A stretch of DNA of 32,000 nucleotides from Moraxella nasovis (GTDB lineage: Bacteria > Pseudomonadota > Gammaproteobacteria > Pseudomonadales > Moraxellaceae), in assembly GCF_022701215.1 (NCBI RefSeq), contig NZ_CP089976.1, forward strand, positions 540,001 through 572,000, written 5' to 3'. This document shows positions 1 through 11,100 of the stretch, piece by piece. A program made the position numbers and the translations under genes. The notes beneath the pieces are model-generated. The model saw nothing but the letters and a program-made list of their open reading frames with translations, made no database searches and was not told the origin of the DNA. How positions within the stretch are numbered: position 1 is the stretch's first letter; each line of letters starts with the position of its first letter.

Positions 1-146
1 TCTTCCGTCAGCCTGATGTCGGTTATGAGCTGTTTTTTGGGTGGATGAGTAAAGGGCAGCTGTACAGCCTACCGATGATCGTCTTAGGTGTAATCTTATT
101 CATCATCGCATATCAAAAACAAATTTACGACTGGCAAAAACCATGA
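1..146 (+). CDS. lgt: Prolipoprotein diacylglyceryl transferase, C-terminal fragment (gene runs off the 5' edge)
   Basis: The frame is open from the window edge and reads [47 protein letters not shown], which resembles an Lgt C-terminus. The TGA stop overlaps the thyA ATG (ATGA at 143-146). lgt-thyA adjacency is classic in gammaproteobacteria. It is absent from the ORF track because no start lies in the window. Confidence 0.7.
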   Translation, partial: FRQPDVGYELFFGWMSKGQLYSLPMIVLGVILFIIAYQKQIYDWQKP

Positions 147-985
147 AAAGCTATCTAGACTTACTCAAGTACATCTTAGATCACGGACAAGATAAGTCTG
201 ACCGTACAGGAACAGGCACACGCTCAGTGTTTGGCTACCAAATGCGATTTAACTTAGCTGACGGCTTTCCGCTGCTCACCACCAAAAAAATACATTTTCG
301 TTCGGTTGCCATTGAACTACTGTGGTTCTTAAAAGGCGATACCAACGTCAAATACCTACAAGACAATAAAGTTACCATCTGGGACGAATGGGCGACTGCA
401 CAGCAGACTGCACGCTTTAACAGGCAAGCAGGTGATTTAGGGGCGGTGTACGGACATCAATGGCGAAACTTTGGGGCAACTAAGAATGCTGATGGCAGTT
501 ATCAATCAGATGGATTTGACCAGATTAAATGGCTGATTAATGAGATTAAGACCAATCCAGATTCTAGGCGTTTGATTGTTTCTGGCTGGAATCCTAACGA
601 AGCCAATGAAGTTGCCCTACCGCCCTGCCATACGCTATTTCAGTTTTATGTGGTAAATAATAAGCTATCATGCCAACTGTATCAGCGTTCTGCCGACGTA
701 TTTTTAGGCGTGCCATTTAATATCGCAAGCTATGCTTTACTGACGCACATGGTCGCCCAAGTGTGCAATCTAAATGTCGGTGAGTTTATCTGGACAGGCG
801 GCGATACGCATTTATACCACAATCATTTTGAGCAAGCCAAAAAACAGCTGGGACGAAAAACTTTACCATTATGCCGATTACAATTAAATCCAAATGTTAA
901 AGATATTTTTGAGTTTAGCTATGATGACATCACAATCTTAGATTATGACCATCACCCAGCAATCAAAGCAGACGTGGCAGTATAA
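143..985 (+). CDS. thyA: Thymidylate synthase
   Basis: 280 aa. Matches include the N-terminus [27 protein letters not shown], the active-site LPPCH motif and the DTHLY motif. Length is typical of ThyA. Confidence 0.97.
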   Translation: MKSYLDLLKYILDHGQDKSDRTGTGTRSVFGYQMRFNLADGFPLLTTKKIHFRSVAIELLWFLKGDTNVKYLQDNKVTIWDEWATAQQTARFNRQAGDLGAVYGHQWRNFGATKNADGSYQSDGFDQIKWLINEIKTNPDSRRLIVSGWNPNEANEVALPPCHTLFQFYVVNNKLSCQLYQRSADVFLGVPFNIASYALLTHMVAQVCNLNVGEFIWTGGDTHLYHNHFEQAKKQLGRKTLPLCRLQLNPNVKDIFEFSYDDITILDYDHHPAIKADVAV

Positions 986-987
986 TC

Positions 988-1506
988 ATGACAGACATTC
1001 AAATCGTTCATGTTGTGGCGGTGGATAACAGCCACTGTATCGGTAAAGACAATCAGCTGGCTTGGCATATCCCAGATGACCTAAAGCACTTTAAATCGCT
1101 AACAACAGGTGGCGTTATCATCATGGGGCGAAAGACTTTTAAGTCACTTGGTCGCCCATTGCCAAATCGCACAAATATTGTCATTACTCGTGACACCGCT
1201 TGGCAAGCAGACGATGTTAAAGTGGCTCACTCTTTAGAACATGCCATCAGCATGGCAAAAAACATAGCCAAATCTGCTAATCAGCAAGCGGTATTCATCA
1301 TCGGTGGCGGAGAGATTTATAAGCAAAGCCTTGATATGGCAGACAGACTTGAGATTACTTATGTAAACCTTGACGTGGCGGGCGATACTTTTTATCCATC
1401 ACAGTTAAGCGATTTTCAGCAAACTTTTCAATCTGATGTAATGACAGATGAAAAAAGCGGTATCCAATTTCGTTTTAGCACATGGCAACGTAAACTTGCA
1501 CATTAA
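988..1506 (+). CDS. folA: Dihydrofolate reductase
   Basis: 172 aa with IGKDNQLAWHIPDDLKHFKSLT and GRKTFKSLGRPLPNRTNIVITR motifs. It starts 2 nt after the thyA stop. Confidence 0.93.
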   Translation: MTDIQIVHVVAVDNSHCIGKDNQLAWHIPDDLKHFKSLTTGGVIIMGRKTFKSLGRPLPNRTNIVITRDTAWQADDVKVAHSLEHAISMAKNIAKSANQQAVFIIGGGEIYKQSLDMADRLEITYVNLDVAGDTFYPSQLSDFQQTFQSDVMTDEKSGIQFRFSTWQRKLAH

Positions 1507-1522
1507 TACTCTAGGGGTTATT

Positions 1523-2560
1523 ATGCGTTCTATCTTTATGCCTTTGATTTTTGGCTCAATCATACTAACAGCCTGCTCTGATACACCAAACTACCAAAAG
1601 CTTGAAGGGCAGACGATGGGGACAAGCTATCACATCACCTTTGAGTTGCCAAAAAACGTCGATAAATCCGCCATCAGTGCAAGCATTGATGATAGGCTTG
1701 ATGACATTATCCACAGTATGTCCACTTACGAAAAAGACAGCACCATTTCTAAGTTTAACCAGCTAAGAGCAGGTGACTCCATTCAGATTGATGACGACTT
1801 TAGTCGTGTCTTAGCAGACAGTCGTACCATTTTCGCCCAAAGTGGTGGGGTTTTTGATCCTACCGTCTATCCACTCGTGGAACTTTGGGGGTTTGGTAGC
1901 AAGATGAATGTAGAACGCTTACAATCGCCACCAAGTGAATCTGAAATCAATGCTGCCAAGGATAAAATCGGATTAGATAAAGTCATTCTAAACGGCAATA
2001 CACTGACCAAGACGACAGACGGCGTGGGACTTGACTTTTCTGCAATCGCCAAAGGCTATGGCGTGGATGCCATTGCTGATGTCTTACGCTCAAAATACCA
2101 CATCACCAACTACATGGTAGAAATCGGTGGCGAAGTTGCAACACACGGACATAACGCCAAGAACCAACCATGGACACTTGCCATTGACAGCCCTATTGAA
2201 GGCAGTACAGTCCAAGATCGTAACGTCATCGCCACCATTACCCAAAACGGTGATGGGCTAAACATCGCCACTTCTGGCAACTACCGTAACTCAATAGAGT
2301 TTGACGGTGTGCGTTATAGCCACAGCATTAATCCGCACACAAGCCACCCTGTGGCAGATGGAGCACCCAGCGTAACGGTCGTGCATGACAGCGTCGCCTT
2401 AGCTGATGGGTGGGCGACCGCACTAACCGCTACAAGCTTTCAGCAAGCACTTGCCATCGCCAACTCAAACAACATCAAAGCGTTATTTATCATCAAAAAT
2501 AAAGATAAAGATAAATTTGAGCTGGTTAAAAGCGATGCTTATCAAGCAACCTTTAAATAA
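1523..2560 (+). CDS. apbE: FAD:protein FMN transferase (ApbE family) lipoprotein
   Basis: The ORF-track frame 1448..2560 overlaps folA. The internal ATG at 1523 gives MRSIFMPLIFGSIILTAC, a lipobox signal peptide. The body matches ApbE (GTSYHITF, AIAKGYGVD, ATSGNYRN, DGWATAL). Confidence 0.88.
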   Translation: MRSIFMPLIFGSIILTACSDTPNYQKLEGQTMGTSYHITFELPKNVDKSAISASIDDRLDDIIHSMSTYEKDSTISKFNQLRAGDSIQIDDDFSRVLADSRTIFAQSGGVFDPTVYPLVELWGFGSKMNVERLQSPPSESEINAAKDKIGLDKVILNGNTLTKTTDGVGLDFSAIAKGYGVDAIADVLRSKYHITNYMVEIGGEVATHGHNAKNQPWTLAIDSPIEGSTVQDRNVIATITQNGDGLNIATSGNYRNSIEFDGVRYSHSINPHTSHPVADGAPSVTVVHDSVALADGWATALTATSFQQALAIANSNNIKALFIIKNKDKDKFELVKSDAYQATFK

Positions 2561-2651
2561 AAATATATTTTAAATAAACCTTTATCATTGCTAAAAATTG
2601 CATTACAATGATGAAATATATTCATTTAAAGCAATAAAATTAAGGATTGTT

Positions 2652-3077
2652 ATGGCAAATTTCTCCCCTTCTTTACAATTTCAAAAACGTTGGCAAGCCG
2701 CTCCAGCTCAAGTAAAGGATATGTTTCACCAAGAATTAGACGACATCATTGATATGCTAAAAGGCGACACGTTAGCCAAAGATTATCGCTTTCGTCATGG
2801 TAATTTTGCCGACACCATCGAGCCACTACTCACCAAGCATCAAGAAAATCTTAGCACATCAACCAGCACGGTTCTTCAAAACCCAGAAAGTCTTTCTTTA
2901 ACAGATGATAAATCACCAATAAATGAGCATGAATTAGAACTCATGGAAGAGCGTATCATCGCCAAACTAAATAATCAGCTTGATGAGTTCGTTATAGAGC
3001 ATATAGATCAGCTGTCTGATGAGCTTAGATCATGGCTAAAAACCGCCGTAAAAAGTGAAATAGCACAGTATAAATAA
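2652..3077 (+). CDS. Hypothetical acidic protein, no family recognised
   Basis: The ORF-track frame is 2598..3077. I prefer the ATG at 2652 (MANFSPSL...), which is preceded by AAGGA at about -7. The protein is acidic and helix-prone, and I recognised no motif. Confidence 0.55.
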   Translation: MANFSPSLQFQKRWQAAPAQVKDMFHQELDDIIDMLKGDTLAKDYRFRHGNFADTIEPLLTKHQENLSTSTSTVLQNPESLSLTDDKSPINEHELELMEERIIAKLNNQLDEFVIEHIDQLSDELRSWLKTAVKSEIAQYK

Positions 3078-3098
3078 CTTAACATAAGTAGAACATCA

Positions 3099-4289
3099 AT
3101 GAACCATCACAGCGACATCATCGTTATCGGCGCAGGGCCTGCAGGTCTTGCATTCGCTTGTCAATTCAAAAATAGCGATCTGCGTATCACCGTTTTAGAA
3201 AAAGCACCGCTTGAGAGCATTGCACACCCTGCCTACGATGGGCGTGAAATCGCACTAACGCATAAGTCTAAAGAGATACTCCAAAACCTAGGGGTATGGC
3301 AGCGTTTTAATCCTAAAGAAATCTATAAGCTGCATGAAGCTAAAGTGTATAATGGTGACTTTAACTACGCTTTGCATTTTAAGCTGCCAAAAGACCTAAA
3401 GGCATTAAGCTCTATTGACCGCTTAGGCAACCTTATCTCAAACCACAACATCAGACAAGCCTTATATGATGAAGTCAAAGAGCTGCCAAACGTCACAATC
3501 ATCACCGATACGACCGTAAAAAGTGTACAAACTTCTGCACAGCAAGCCTTTGTAACGCTTGATAATGGCGATACATACACATCTGACTTATTAGTCGGCG
3601 CAGATAGCCGTATGTCATTTGTACGAAGACAGCTTGGCATCGGTGCTGATATGAATGATTTTGGACGCATAGTGATGGTATTTAGGGTGTCGCACCCATT
3701 ATCTAACGAAGCAACCGCCCAAGAGTGCTTCTTATATGGTCGCACCTTGGCATTATTACCGCTACATGACAACCTAACCAACTGTGTTATCACCATTGAT
3801 AATACTCAAGCTGATAGCCTACTTAGCCTAAGCGATGAAGAACTAGCGGCAGAAGTTCAGCGTATGATGAGTGATAAACTTGGTAAAATCACACTGGCAG
3901 GCACAGTACATCACTACCCACTCATGGGTGTTCACGCCAAGACTTTCGTTTCTACTCGTGCCGCTCTCATCGGCGACAGTGCTGTCGGTATGCACCCTGT
4001 TACCGCTCACGGCTTTAACCTAGGCTTACTTAGCACCGAAACGCTAAGCAATCTTATTTTAAACGCTCACCAAAAAGGCGATGACATCGGCTCAAGCTCA
4101 CTACTACGCCGTTATAATCACACCCATCAGCTACACACTCGCCCACTATATCACGGCACAAATGCTATGGTGTCTTTATTCACCGATGATAAAAAACCCA
4201 TGAAGATGGTGCGTGATGTCGCCCTTAGAGTGAGTAATCATTTACCACCACTAAAGCGTTGGATAGCAGGACAGCTGACAGGCAAATAA
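3099..4289 (+). CDS. UbiH/UbiF/VisC/COQ6-family FAD-dependent monooxygenase (ubiquinone biosynthesis hydroxylase type)
   Basis: 396 aa with an N-terminal GxGxxG motif (DIIVIGAGPAGLAFA), DGREIAL, and the GD motif LIGDSAVGMHPVTAHGFNLG. Confidence 0.85.
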   Translation: MNHHSDIIVIGAGPAGLAFACQFKNSDLRITVLEKAPLESIAHPAYDGREIALTHKSKEILQNLGVWQRFNPKEIYKLHEAKVYNGDFNYALHFKLPKDLKALSSIDRLGNLISNHNIRQALYDEVKELPNVTIITDTTVKSVQTSAQQAFVTLDNGDTYTSDLLVGADSRMSFVRRQLGIGADMNDFGRIVMVFRVSHPLSNEATAQECFLYGRTLALLPLHDNLTNCVITIDNTQADSLLSLSDEELAAEVQRMMSDKLGKITLAGTVHHYPLMGVHAKTFVSTRAALIGDSAVGMHPVTAHGFNLGLLSTETLSNLILNAHQKGDDIGSSSLLRRYNHTHQLHTRPLYHGTNAMVSLFTDDKKPMKMVRDVALRVSNHLPPLKRWIAGQLTGK

Positions 4290-4327
4290 TTGGTTATAAA
4301 TCATTGATTGCCTAATCACCAAAAACA

Positions 4328-4358
4328 AAAAGAGCGTAACTGATTACGCTCTTTTTAT
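4328..4358. terminator. Bidirectional intrinsic terminator between convergent genes
   Basis: The stem is AGAGCGTAA (4331-4339), the loop is CTGA, and the partner arm is TTACGCTCT (4344-4352). An A-run lies upstream and a T-run downstream. Confidence 0.75.
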
Positions 4359-4459
4359 TGGGGTTACACTAAGCTTAAAAATTACAACATCAAGCAAAAT
4401 AAGTACAGATAACGTTATTTAAGTAAATTTAACAAGCAAAATGTATTTTTAAGACGGTG

Positions 4460-5992
4460 TTATTTTTTCACCACGTCGCTTTTAACAACACCACCTTCCC
4501 AGATTTTAGCATCTACTTTTGATCTTAATTCAGGGAACTGATTGAGATCAAACACAGGCTCTGCTATGCCTGATTTAAGCTGACGACTGTAGTCTTTAAC
4601 AAGAGTAAAAACGTACTTAGATAGTAAAGCAATCGCTATTAAGTTAATCATCGCCATCGTACCCATGGTCAAGTCGCCCATGTCCCATACAACAGATACT
4701 TTAGCCACCGCACCAAAATACACAAATACTAAGACAGCGACACGAAAAGCGTTCAATACTACTGGGTTGTTTTTCAAAAACTGCATATTTGATTCAGCAT
4801 AAGCATAGTTACCAATGATGGTAGAATATGCAAACAAAAGAATCATCAATGCCAAGAAATACTGTCCCCACATGCCGACGTGATTTTCTAAAGCCAGCTG
4901 GGTCAACTGTACACCATCTGCTGCATCATTTGCAATCGGAGCAAGCAAAATGACAAAGGCTGTGCAAGAACAAACAATCAATGTATCTACAAACACGCCT
5001 AGCATCTGAATGACGCCTTGCTCTACAGGGTGCTTGACACTAGCGGCTGCCGCTGCGTTCGGGGCTGAGCCTTGACCTGCTTCGTTTGAATATAGACCAC
5101 GCTTAATCCCCAGCATCATCGCTTGCGAAACAAGCGATCCAAACAGACCGCCGCCAGCTGCTTCATAAGAAAACGCTTTACTAAAAATCAAAGCTAGTAC
5201 GCCCGGCACTTCACCAATATTAATAATGATGATATAAAACGCCACAAGTAAATAGATACCCGCCATAAATGGCACAATGCTCTCAGCAATCTTCGCCACA
5301 CGACCAATACCACCAAAAATCACAGGGGCTGTCATCACCACAAGAGCAAGAGCTACAAAGTGCTTATACGTTGCCCATGCATCATGACATGAATCGCCAT
5401 CTGCCACACAGCCTGACGCTGATTGCAGTGCTTGGGTGATGGTGTTTGACTGAATTGATTCATATACCAAACCAAAACACACGATCAGTGCTACAGCAAA
5501 GACCACGCCCAGCCATTTTTGACCCAAGCCTTGCTCGATATAATAAGCAGGACCGCCACGAAATTTACCTGTTACTGCATCTTTGACCTTAAACAGTTGG
5601 GCTAAGCTTGATTCTGATAAGGCGGACGCCATGCCGATTAAGGCGATGAACCACATCCAAAATACCGCACCTGCACCGCCTACACTGATGGCGATTGCCA
5701 CGCCTGCGATGTTACCCACACCAACACGACTGGCAAGACCTGTTACAAAAGCCTGAAAAGCGGTGATACCCTCGCCAGTATTTGCAGCTTTACGGCTACC
5801 TAGCATGGTTTTGACACTGTTTCCAAACAAGCGAAACTGCGCAAATCCTGTCATCAATGTAAAGAAAAACCCCACACCAACCAAGACCCACACCAAAATA
5901 TCCCAAAGCGGGGCATTAAATGTATTGACTACGCAATGCAAGCCTTCTACAAATGTAGGCTTAGCTGCACATGAAAATGGACTGTCGTACAT
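4460..5992 (-). CDS. Alanine/glycine:cation symporter (AGCS family)
   Basis: 510 aa and polytopic. It carries AGCS hallmarks: GFAQFRLF, GEGITAFQAF, VGVGNIAGVA, GLYSNEAGQGSAP. Confidence 0.9.
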   Translation of the reverse strand: MYDSPFSCAAKPTFVEGLHCVVNTFNAPLWDILVWVLVGVGFFFTLMTGFAQFRLFGNSVKTMLGSRKAANTGEGITAFQAFVTGLASRVGVGNIAGVAIAISVGGAGAVFWMWFIALIGMASALSESSLAQLFKVKDAVTGKFRGGPAYYIEQGLGQKWLGVVFAVALIVCFGLVYESIQSNTITQALQSASGCVADGDSCHDAWATYKHFVALALVVMTAPVIFGGIGRVAKIAESIVPFMAGIYLLVAFYIIIINIGEVPGVLALIFSKAFSYEAAGGGLFGSLVSQAMMLGIKRGLYSNEAGQGSAPNAAAAASVKHPVEQGVIQMLGVFVDTLIVCSCTAFVILLAPIANDAADGVQLTQLALENHVGMWGQYFLALMILLFAYSTIIGNYAYAESNMQFLKNNPVVLNAFRVAVLVFVYFGAVAKVSVVWDMGDLTMGTMAMINLIAIALLSKYVFTLVKDYSRQLKSGIAEPVFDLNQFPELRSKVDAKIWEGGVVKSDVVKK

Positions 5993-6005
5993 AATTTATA
6001 CTCAT

Positions 6006-6034
6006 AAAAAAAAGGCTTGGCACTAGACCAAACC
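6006..6034 (-). terminator. Intrinsic-terminator-like hairpin inside the AGCS 5' leader (candidate attenuator)
   Basis: On the minus strand the stem is GGTTTGG, the loop is TCTAGTG, and the partner arm is CCAAGCC (one G-U pair), followed by T8. The T-run ends 13 nt upstream of the ATG at 5992. Confidence 0.5.
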
Positions 6035-6249
6035 ATCCTTGTTACTCCAAAAGACTGCATTTAGCTTGTGATGCCAAAGCAATATCCATCATCCATGAAT
6101 GCTGTCTTCAACAGATACCCTTTTTAATCTGACACGTCAAGATTAAACCTTGTGGGTGTATGGCACGCATTATAAAGCATTTCTGTACTTTTCTCACCAC
6201 TTTTTTGCAGTGATGTAAATACTAACTTATTTTATGTAAAATCTGTCAA

Positions 6250-7278
6250 TCATTTCTTAGCAATCATGACTGCACGCTTTGGTCGTGGGTAGCCTTCTGA
6301 TGTTTTACTGTCGTCGTCTTTATCTAAAAAATCAGCCAAAGATTGGTAACCCATCCATTCGGTCGCTCGCTGCTCATCTGTGGTTGTGATGTTAATATCC
6401 ACACATCGAACATCTGTAAACCCTGCCTTGATTAGCCATTTTTCAAGGGCCTTAATGCTTGGTAAAAAATACACATTATTCATCATAGCATAACGATCCG
6501 ATGGCACAAGCACGGTATTTTCATCGCCATCAATGACGAGTGTCTCAAGCACAAACTCGCCACCTTTTTTAAGCTGTGTTTTTACTTGCTCAAAATGCTC
6601 AAATGGCGATGCACGGTGGTACAAAACACCCATGCTAAACACCACATCAAAAACAGCAGAAGCAGGCAGTGCCTCTAATGGCACAGGAATGTAATGCACA
6701 TTTACCTCACCCACAAAGTGCTTGACCGCCATAAATTGATGATAAAATAAGCAAGATGGATCAATCACCACGACCGTATCAGCACCCGCTCCTATCATAC
6801 GAAAGCCGTGATAGCCAGAACCACCACCAACATCTAACACCGTCTTATGCCTTAAATCTAGATGAATAGCTACTCTATCCCATTTAAAATCTGATCGCCA
6901 TTCGGTATCAATATATATCTTATCATCGCCTTGACCCAAGCAAAAAGGACCTTTACGCCATGGCATTAGGCTCTTTAGTAGGTTTTCAGCTTTCTTAAGG
7001 TCTGCCTTTTGCCATTGAAATCTGACCGCTACCTCATCTACCAAACAAACCTCTTTATCATCAATCGTTGGCAACTTTTGTATCACTGATGCATAAAAAG
7101 GAGCATGGGCATAGCGTGACTTATTTTTTATATCAAAAAGCCAAGTAGGCAATAAAGTAAGCCAGTTTTGTATTTGGGGATTTTTTTGGGATAAATCCAA
7201 TAAAGTCAGATACAAATCACGCTCAAACTGAGCGATGCTTTTGTTATTTTTTGATGTCAGACTCATTGCTTTTCTCAT
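6250..7278 (-). CDS. cmoB: tRNA U34 carboxymethyltransferase CmoB
   Basis: 342 aa with the SAM motif VLDVGGGSGYHGFRM and a CmoB-like WRSDFKWDR segment. It lies next to cmoA. An alternative start at 7266 (MSLTS) is possible. Confidence 0.9.
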   Translation of the reverse strand: MRKAMSLTSKNNKSIAQFERDLYLTLLDLSQKNPQIQNWLTLLPTWLFDIKNKSRYAHAPFYASVIQKLPTIDDKEVCLVDEVAVRFQWQKADLKKAENLLKSLMPWRKGPFCLGQGDDKIYIDTEWRSDFKWDRVAIHLDLRHKTVLDVGGGSGYHGFRMIGAGADTVVVIDPSCLFYHQFMAVKHFVGEVNVHYIPVPLEALPASAVFDVVFSMGVLYHRASPFEHFEQVKTQLKKGGEFVLETLVIDGDENTVLVPSDRYAMMNNVYFLPSIKALEKWLIKAGFTDVRCVDINITTTDEQRATEWMGYQSLADFLDKDDDSKTSEGYPRPKRAVMIAKK

Positions 7279-7398
7279 TGATGTAAAGTCATTTTATATG
7301 TTTTTATATGCAAAGCCATTTGGTAAAGCTGCTTGGTAATTTTGGCACTTATGACGGCATATCCTAAAAACCAAAAACACAACCAAACTGTTATTTAA

Positions 7399-8160
7399 TC
7401 ACTTAAATGCCACCATAGAGATGAAATTTAAAAAGCGAAACCACGTTATCACTTTATCAAAGCCAGCTTTATTTAGCCGATCATGGTGCATTTGTTCGGT
7501 GTCGGTTATCAGTACATTCTCAAGTGCATTACGCTTACCGCTAATCTCCATCTCACTATAACCATTAGCTCGCTTAAAGTCATAGTAACGCTCCACCTGC
7601 CAAGCATCCTGCTCTTCATTTAGCAAATGCGTTTTTTCGGTCAGGATTAAAATACCGCCTTTAGTTAATGCTTGATGGCATTTTTTAAGCAATTGTAGTC
7701 GCTTATCAGGCGATAAAAATTGTAAGGTTAAATTTAGCACAATCATATCGCACGGCTGTAACTTAAGCTCATAAATATCATCAGTAATAATCATGATGTC
7801 ATGATTTGGATAATGCGTTTTTAACATCTTACTTGCTTTATCGGTCATTGGCTGTGAGATATCCACACCAATCAACTGCAAATCACGCTCACCAAACTCG
7901 CCTGCCAGCGAAAAAATCACCGCCCCTAAAGATGTACCTAAATCATAGATACGACTAAACTTACGCCCCTGATTATCACTTTGACCAAAAGCCAGATGTC
8001 TTTTGGCAAAAATAGGGAGCATAGACAGCACCTGCCCATAGCCCGGTACGCTGCGGCGTATCATATCAGGAAAGCACGCTACCACTTCTTCATCAAAGCT
8101 AAATCGGGCGTTCTCATCTAAGGGCGTGGTAAAAATTGTATCTTTAGACAAGTGATTCAT
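7399..8160 (-). CDS. cmoA: Carboxy-S-adenosyl-L-methionine synthase CmoA
   Basis: 253 aa with [30 protein letters not shown] and LNLTLQFL motifs typical of CmoA. Confidence 0.9.
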   Translation of the reverse strand: MNHLSKDTIFTTPLDENARFSFDEEVVACFPDMIRRSVPGYGQVLSMLPIFAKRHLAFGQSDNQGRKFSRIYDLGTSLGAVIFSLAGEFGERDLQLIGVDISQPMTDKASKMLKTHYPNHDIMIITDDIYELKLQPCDMIVLNLTLQFLSPDKRLQLLKKCHQALTKGGILILTEKTHLLNEEQDAWQVERYYDFKRANGYSEMEISGKRNALENVLITDTEQMHHDRLNKAGFDKVITWFRFLNFISMVAFK

Positions 8161-8184
8161 GTAATTGCTCTTAGTTATTGTTCG

Positions 8185-11100
8185 TTATTGTTCTAAATAT
8201 TTTTCAGCTTGTGCCAAATCAACCGTAACAAGACTTGAAACACCTGCTGTCGGCATGGTGATGCCTTTTAACTCATCGGCAATTTGCATGGCAAGCTTAT
8301 TATGACTGATAAAAATAAACTGCACGCTGTCTGCAAGCTCATGGATTAAGCTTGTAAAGCGTCCGACGTTCGCATCATCAAGCGGGGCGTCCACTTCATC
8401 AAGCAGACAAAATGGTGCTGGGTGCTGCTTAAAGATTGCAAAAATTAAGCTTAATGCGGTTAATGTTTTTTCGCCACCAGACAGCACAGCAAGGCGTGAG
8501 TTTCGCTTGCCCTTAGGCTGAGCCATCAAAACAAGCCCTGCTCGCCATTTATCCGACTTTGGCAGGCTATCATCCTCCATTAACGTTAAGCTTGCCGTAC
8601 CACCCCCAAATACCTTGGAAAATAAAGCGTTTAGCTCTGTGTTTACTGCATCTAATGCCGCTAAAAATAGCGTTTTTGTCTTCTCATCAATCGCCCGAAT
8701 CGCATCTTGGAGCTTTATCATACTCTCGGTGATGTCAGAGATCTGTGCATCCATTGGCGATACTCTAGCATTTAGCTCATCAAGCTCGGCAGCGGCAGCA
8801 AGGTTTACCGCGCCGATCTTGGCAATTTCATCATTAATTGCACTAATGCGAGCAGAATTATCCTTAAACTTAGGCGTTTTTTGGCGAAAATCTGCAAGCG
8901 TTGATGATAGATTAAACGTCTCATCACACTTTCTCATCTGCTCACCAAAATCTTGTAAACGACTTAACGCCACGGCTGTATCTGCACCCACTTGGGCAGC
9001 TTTAGCTTGTTCTTTGGCAAGTTCAGCGTGCGACTGCGTTAAGTCTTCTTGTAGCTTAGTGTGCATTAGCTGTAAGGCTTTAGCTGCTGCTTCATGCTCT
9101 TCGCTGATGATTTTTAATCGCATGGTTTGGGCTTTAGCTTCCTTAAAGATAAGCTCAGCTTGCGGCAGTTTATCATCGAGCCGCTGTTGACTCTCGGTCA
9201 GCTTAGCAAGGTCTAAAGCCGCCTGTTTGGCATTTTTATCTGCCATCTCAAGCAGTCTTTTATTATGCGTTAAGCTTTGGGTTAATGCACTGTGTTTTAA
9301 TTGTAAATCTTGGCTACTGTCATGGTGGTGCTTAATCACACGATTAAGCTCATCAAGCTTAGCTGTTAAGTGCGCCAAATCTTTTTCAGACTGAGTAAGC
9401 TTTGGTAAGTGTTCTGCCAGCTTTTGAGTAATATCTGTGATTTCTTGCTCTAACGCCTTTAATTCTTGGACGATTTCGGCTTTTTCTTCGTCTAAGATTG
9501 CTTTATTTTTTGTAAAATTGTCTTTTTTGAGTTGTTCAAGTTTTATCTGGCTTTGTAATACCGTTTGTTCTTCTCGCAATTTATGCAATGCTGCTGTGGC
9601 TGCTGTCTTTTGAGCGGTATGCTCGTCGAGTAGAATTTTTTGGTTTTCAAGCTGAGCAGATAACGCCTTCATCTTAGTCTGCTGACCTTCTAACTCTTCT
9701 TCAAGCGTGTTTAAATCATCTTCTAGCACAGCCAAACGTTTGGTGTACTCTGCTTTTTGTGCCAAAAAATTGTCATGTTGTGAGCCAAACTTAGTAATGT
9801 GTAAAGTCCCGAACGCACCGACAATCCAGCCGTTCATCGTTAAAATCACAGCACCTGTACTTAGCAAATCGGCATACCGCTTGGTCAAATCATTTGCTTC
9901 ATCAAGCTCATCTATGCATAAATAACACCGCTCAAATAATGCTAGCTTTGGCGTGTCTATCAAGCGATTGATTGGTAATAACTGAGTGTGCTGTTCGCTA
10001 TGGGCTTTAGTGCCGATGGTTAATATCGCTTTAGGCATATCCTTGGCAGGAATGTGCCAAAATACAGCATCTGGCATAGTATCTGATATACAAGCATCTA
10101 ACCAAAACCCTAAAAAGCCATCAAGCACCGCTGCATAATTTTCGCCCATCTGGCTTAGGCGGATATGTTCTTTTAGGGTAGATAGACCCATTAAAGGCGA
10201 TGGCTTATCTGCTGACTGCAACGCCTGCTCTGGTTTTTTATGAACGATTTTATGTAAAAACTCATACTCTGCCATTAAGATTGCATGACGCTTTTGTAAT
10301 GTTGTAACTTGTGTTTGTGTATTTTTTAGGTTAACTTCTGTCGTCTCTACATCTGTCTTAATCGTTTGATTGTCTTGTAGATTAATCAGCTTATCTTCAG
10401 CAATATCAATTTGCTCAGTCAGTCTTATCAATCGATCATTATCTTTTGTATCATCGCTAAATTCTGTTGCACTAAGTGATAAGTCGTTATGCTTTTTAAT
10501 CCATTTTTCACGCAAGCTAAGCGTGCGACTCTTTTGGGTTTCGGCAAGTTTTTTGGCGTTTTGTAGTGAGTTTTTTTGCTCTTGCAAGGCTGTAAGATCT
10601 TGGCGAGCTTTTTGCCAAGCGTCTTGTGCTTGGTTTTGCGATTCTTGTACCGATTTTAGCTTGTCACTTTCGTCGGCAAGTAAGGGGGTGATACTGATAA
10701 GCTCAGCATCTATCTTATCAATATCAGCCTTAGCATGGGTCATGCTTTCTTGGGCGTCTTTTTGTGTCGCGATAAGCCGTGCTTGTTTTTCATCTACTTG
10801 GCTTAGCTCTTGGCTCATCGTATAAAAATTATGCTGTGCCGTTTGTTCTGCCATCTGGGCGTTATGGTATTTATCCTTGGCATCGTCTTTTAGCCACTGC
10901 CCTTCGGCAACCTTAGCCGACAGCTTATCAAGCTCAGCTTTAGCGCGATTAACCGACGCTTGCAATGTCGTTAGATGAGCATTCACCTCTTGCTCTTGTT
11001 GCTGATTTTGTTCATGATACTGCCACGCCTCAAAGATACGCTTTAGCAGATCTTCTTGGTTAATCTTAGCAAGCTCTTCGCTTAAGGCTTGGTATTTTTT

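Noticed and set aside
3365-3796. A 143-aa minus-strand ORF inside the ubiquinone hydroxylase gene, with similar cases at 1867..2052, 13181..13417 and 14221..14409
   Set aside because: They are antisense to well-supported genes and have neither motifs nor translation signals.
5993-6249. A glycine riboswitch upstream of the AGCS symporter
   Set aside because: I looked for the conserved aptamer core (GGAGAG ... ACCGAAGGGGCAA-like) on the minus strand and did not find it. Only the generic terminator/antiterminator observation is retained as a finding.
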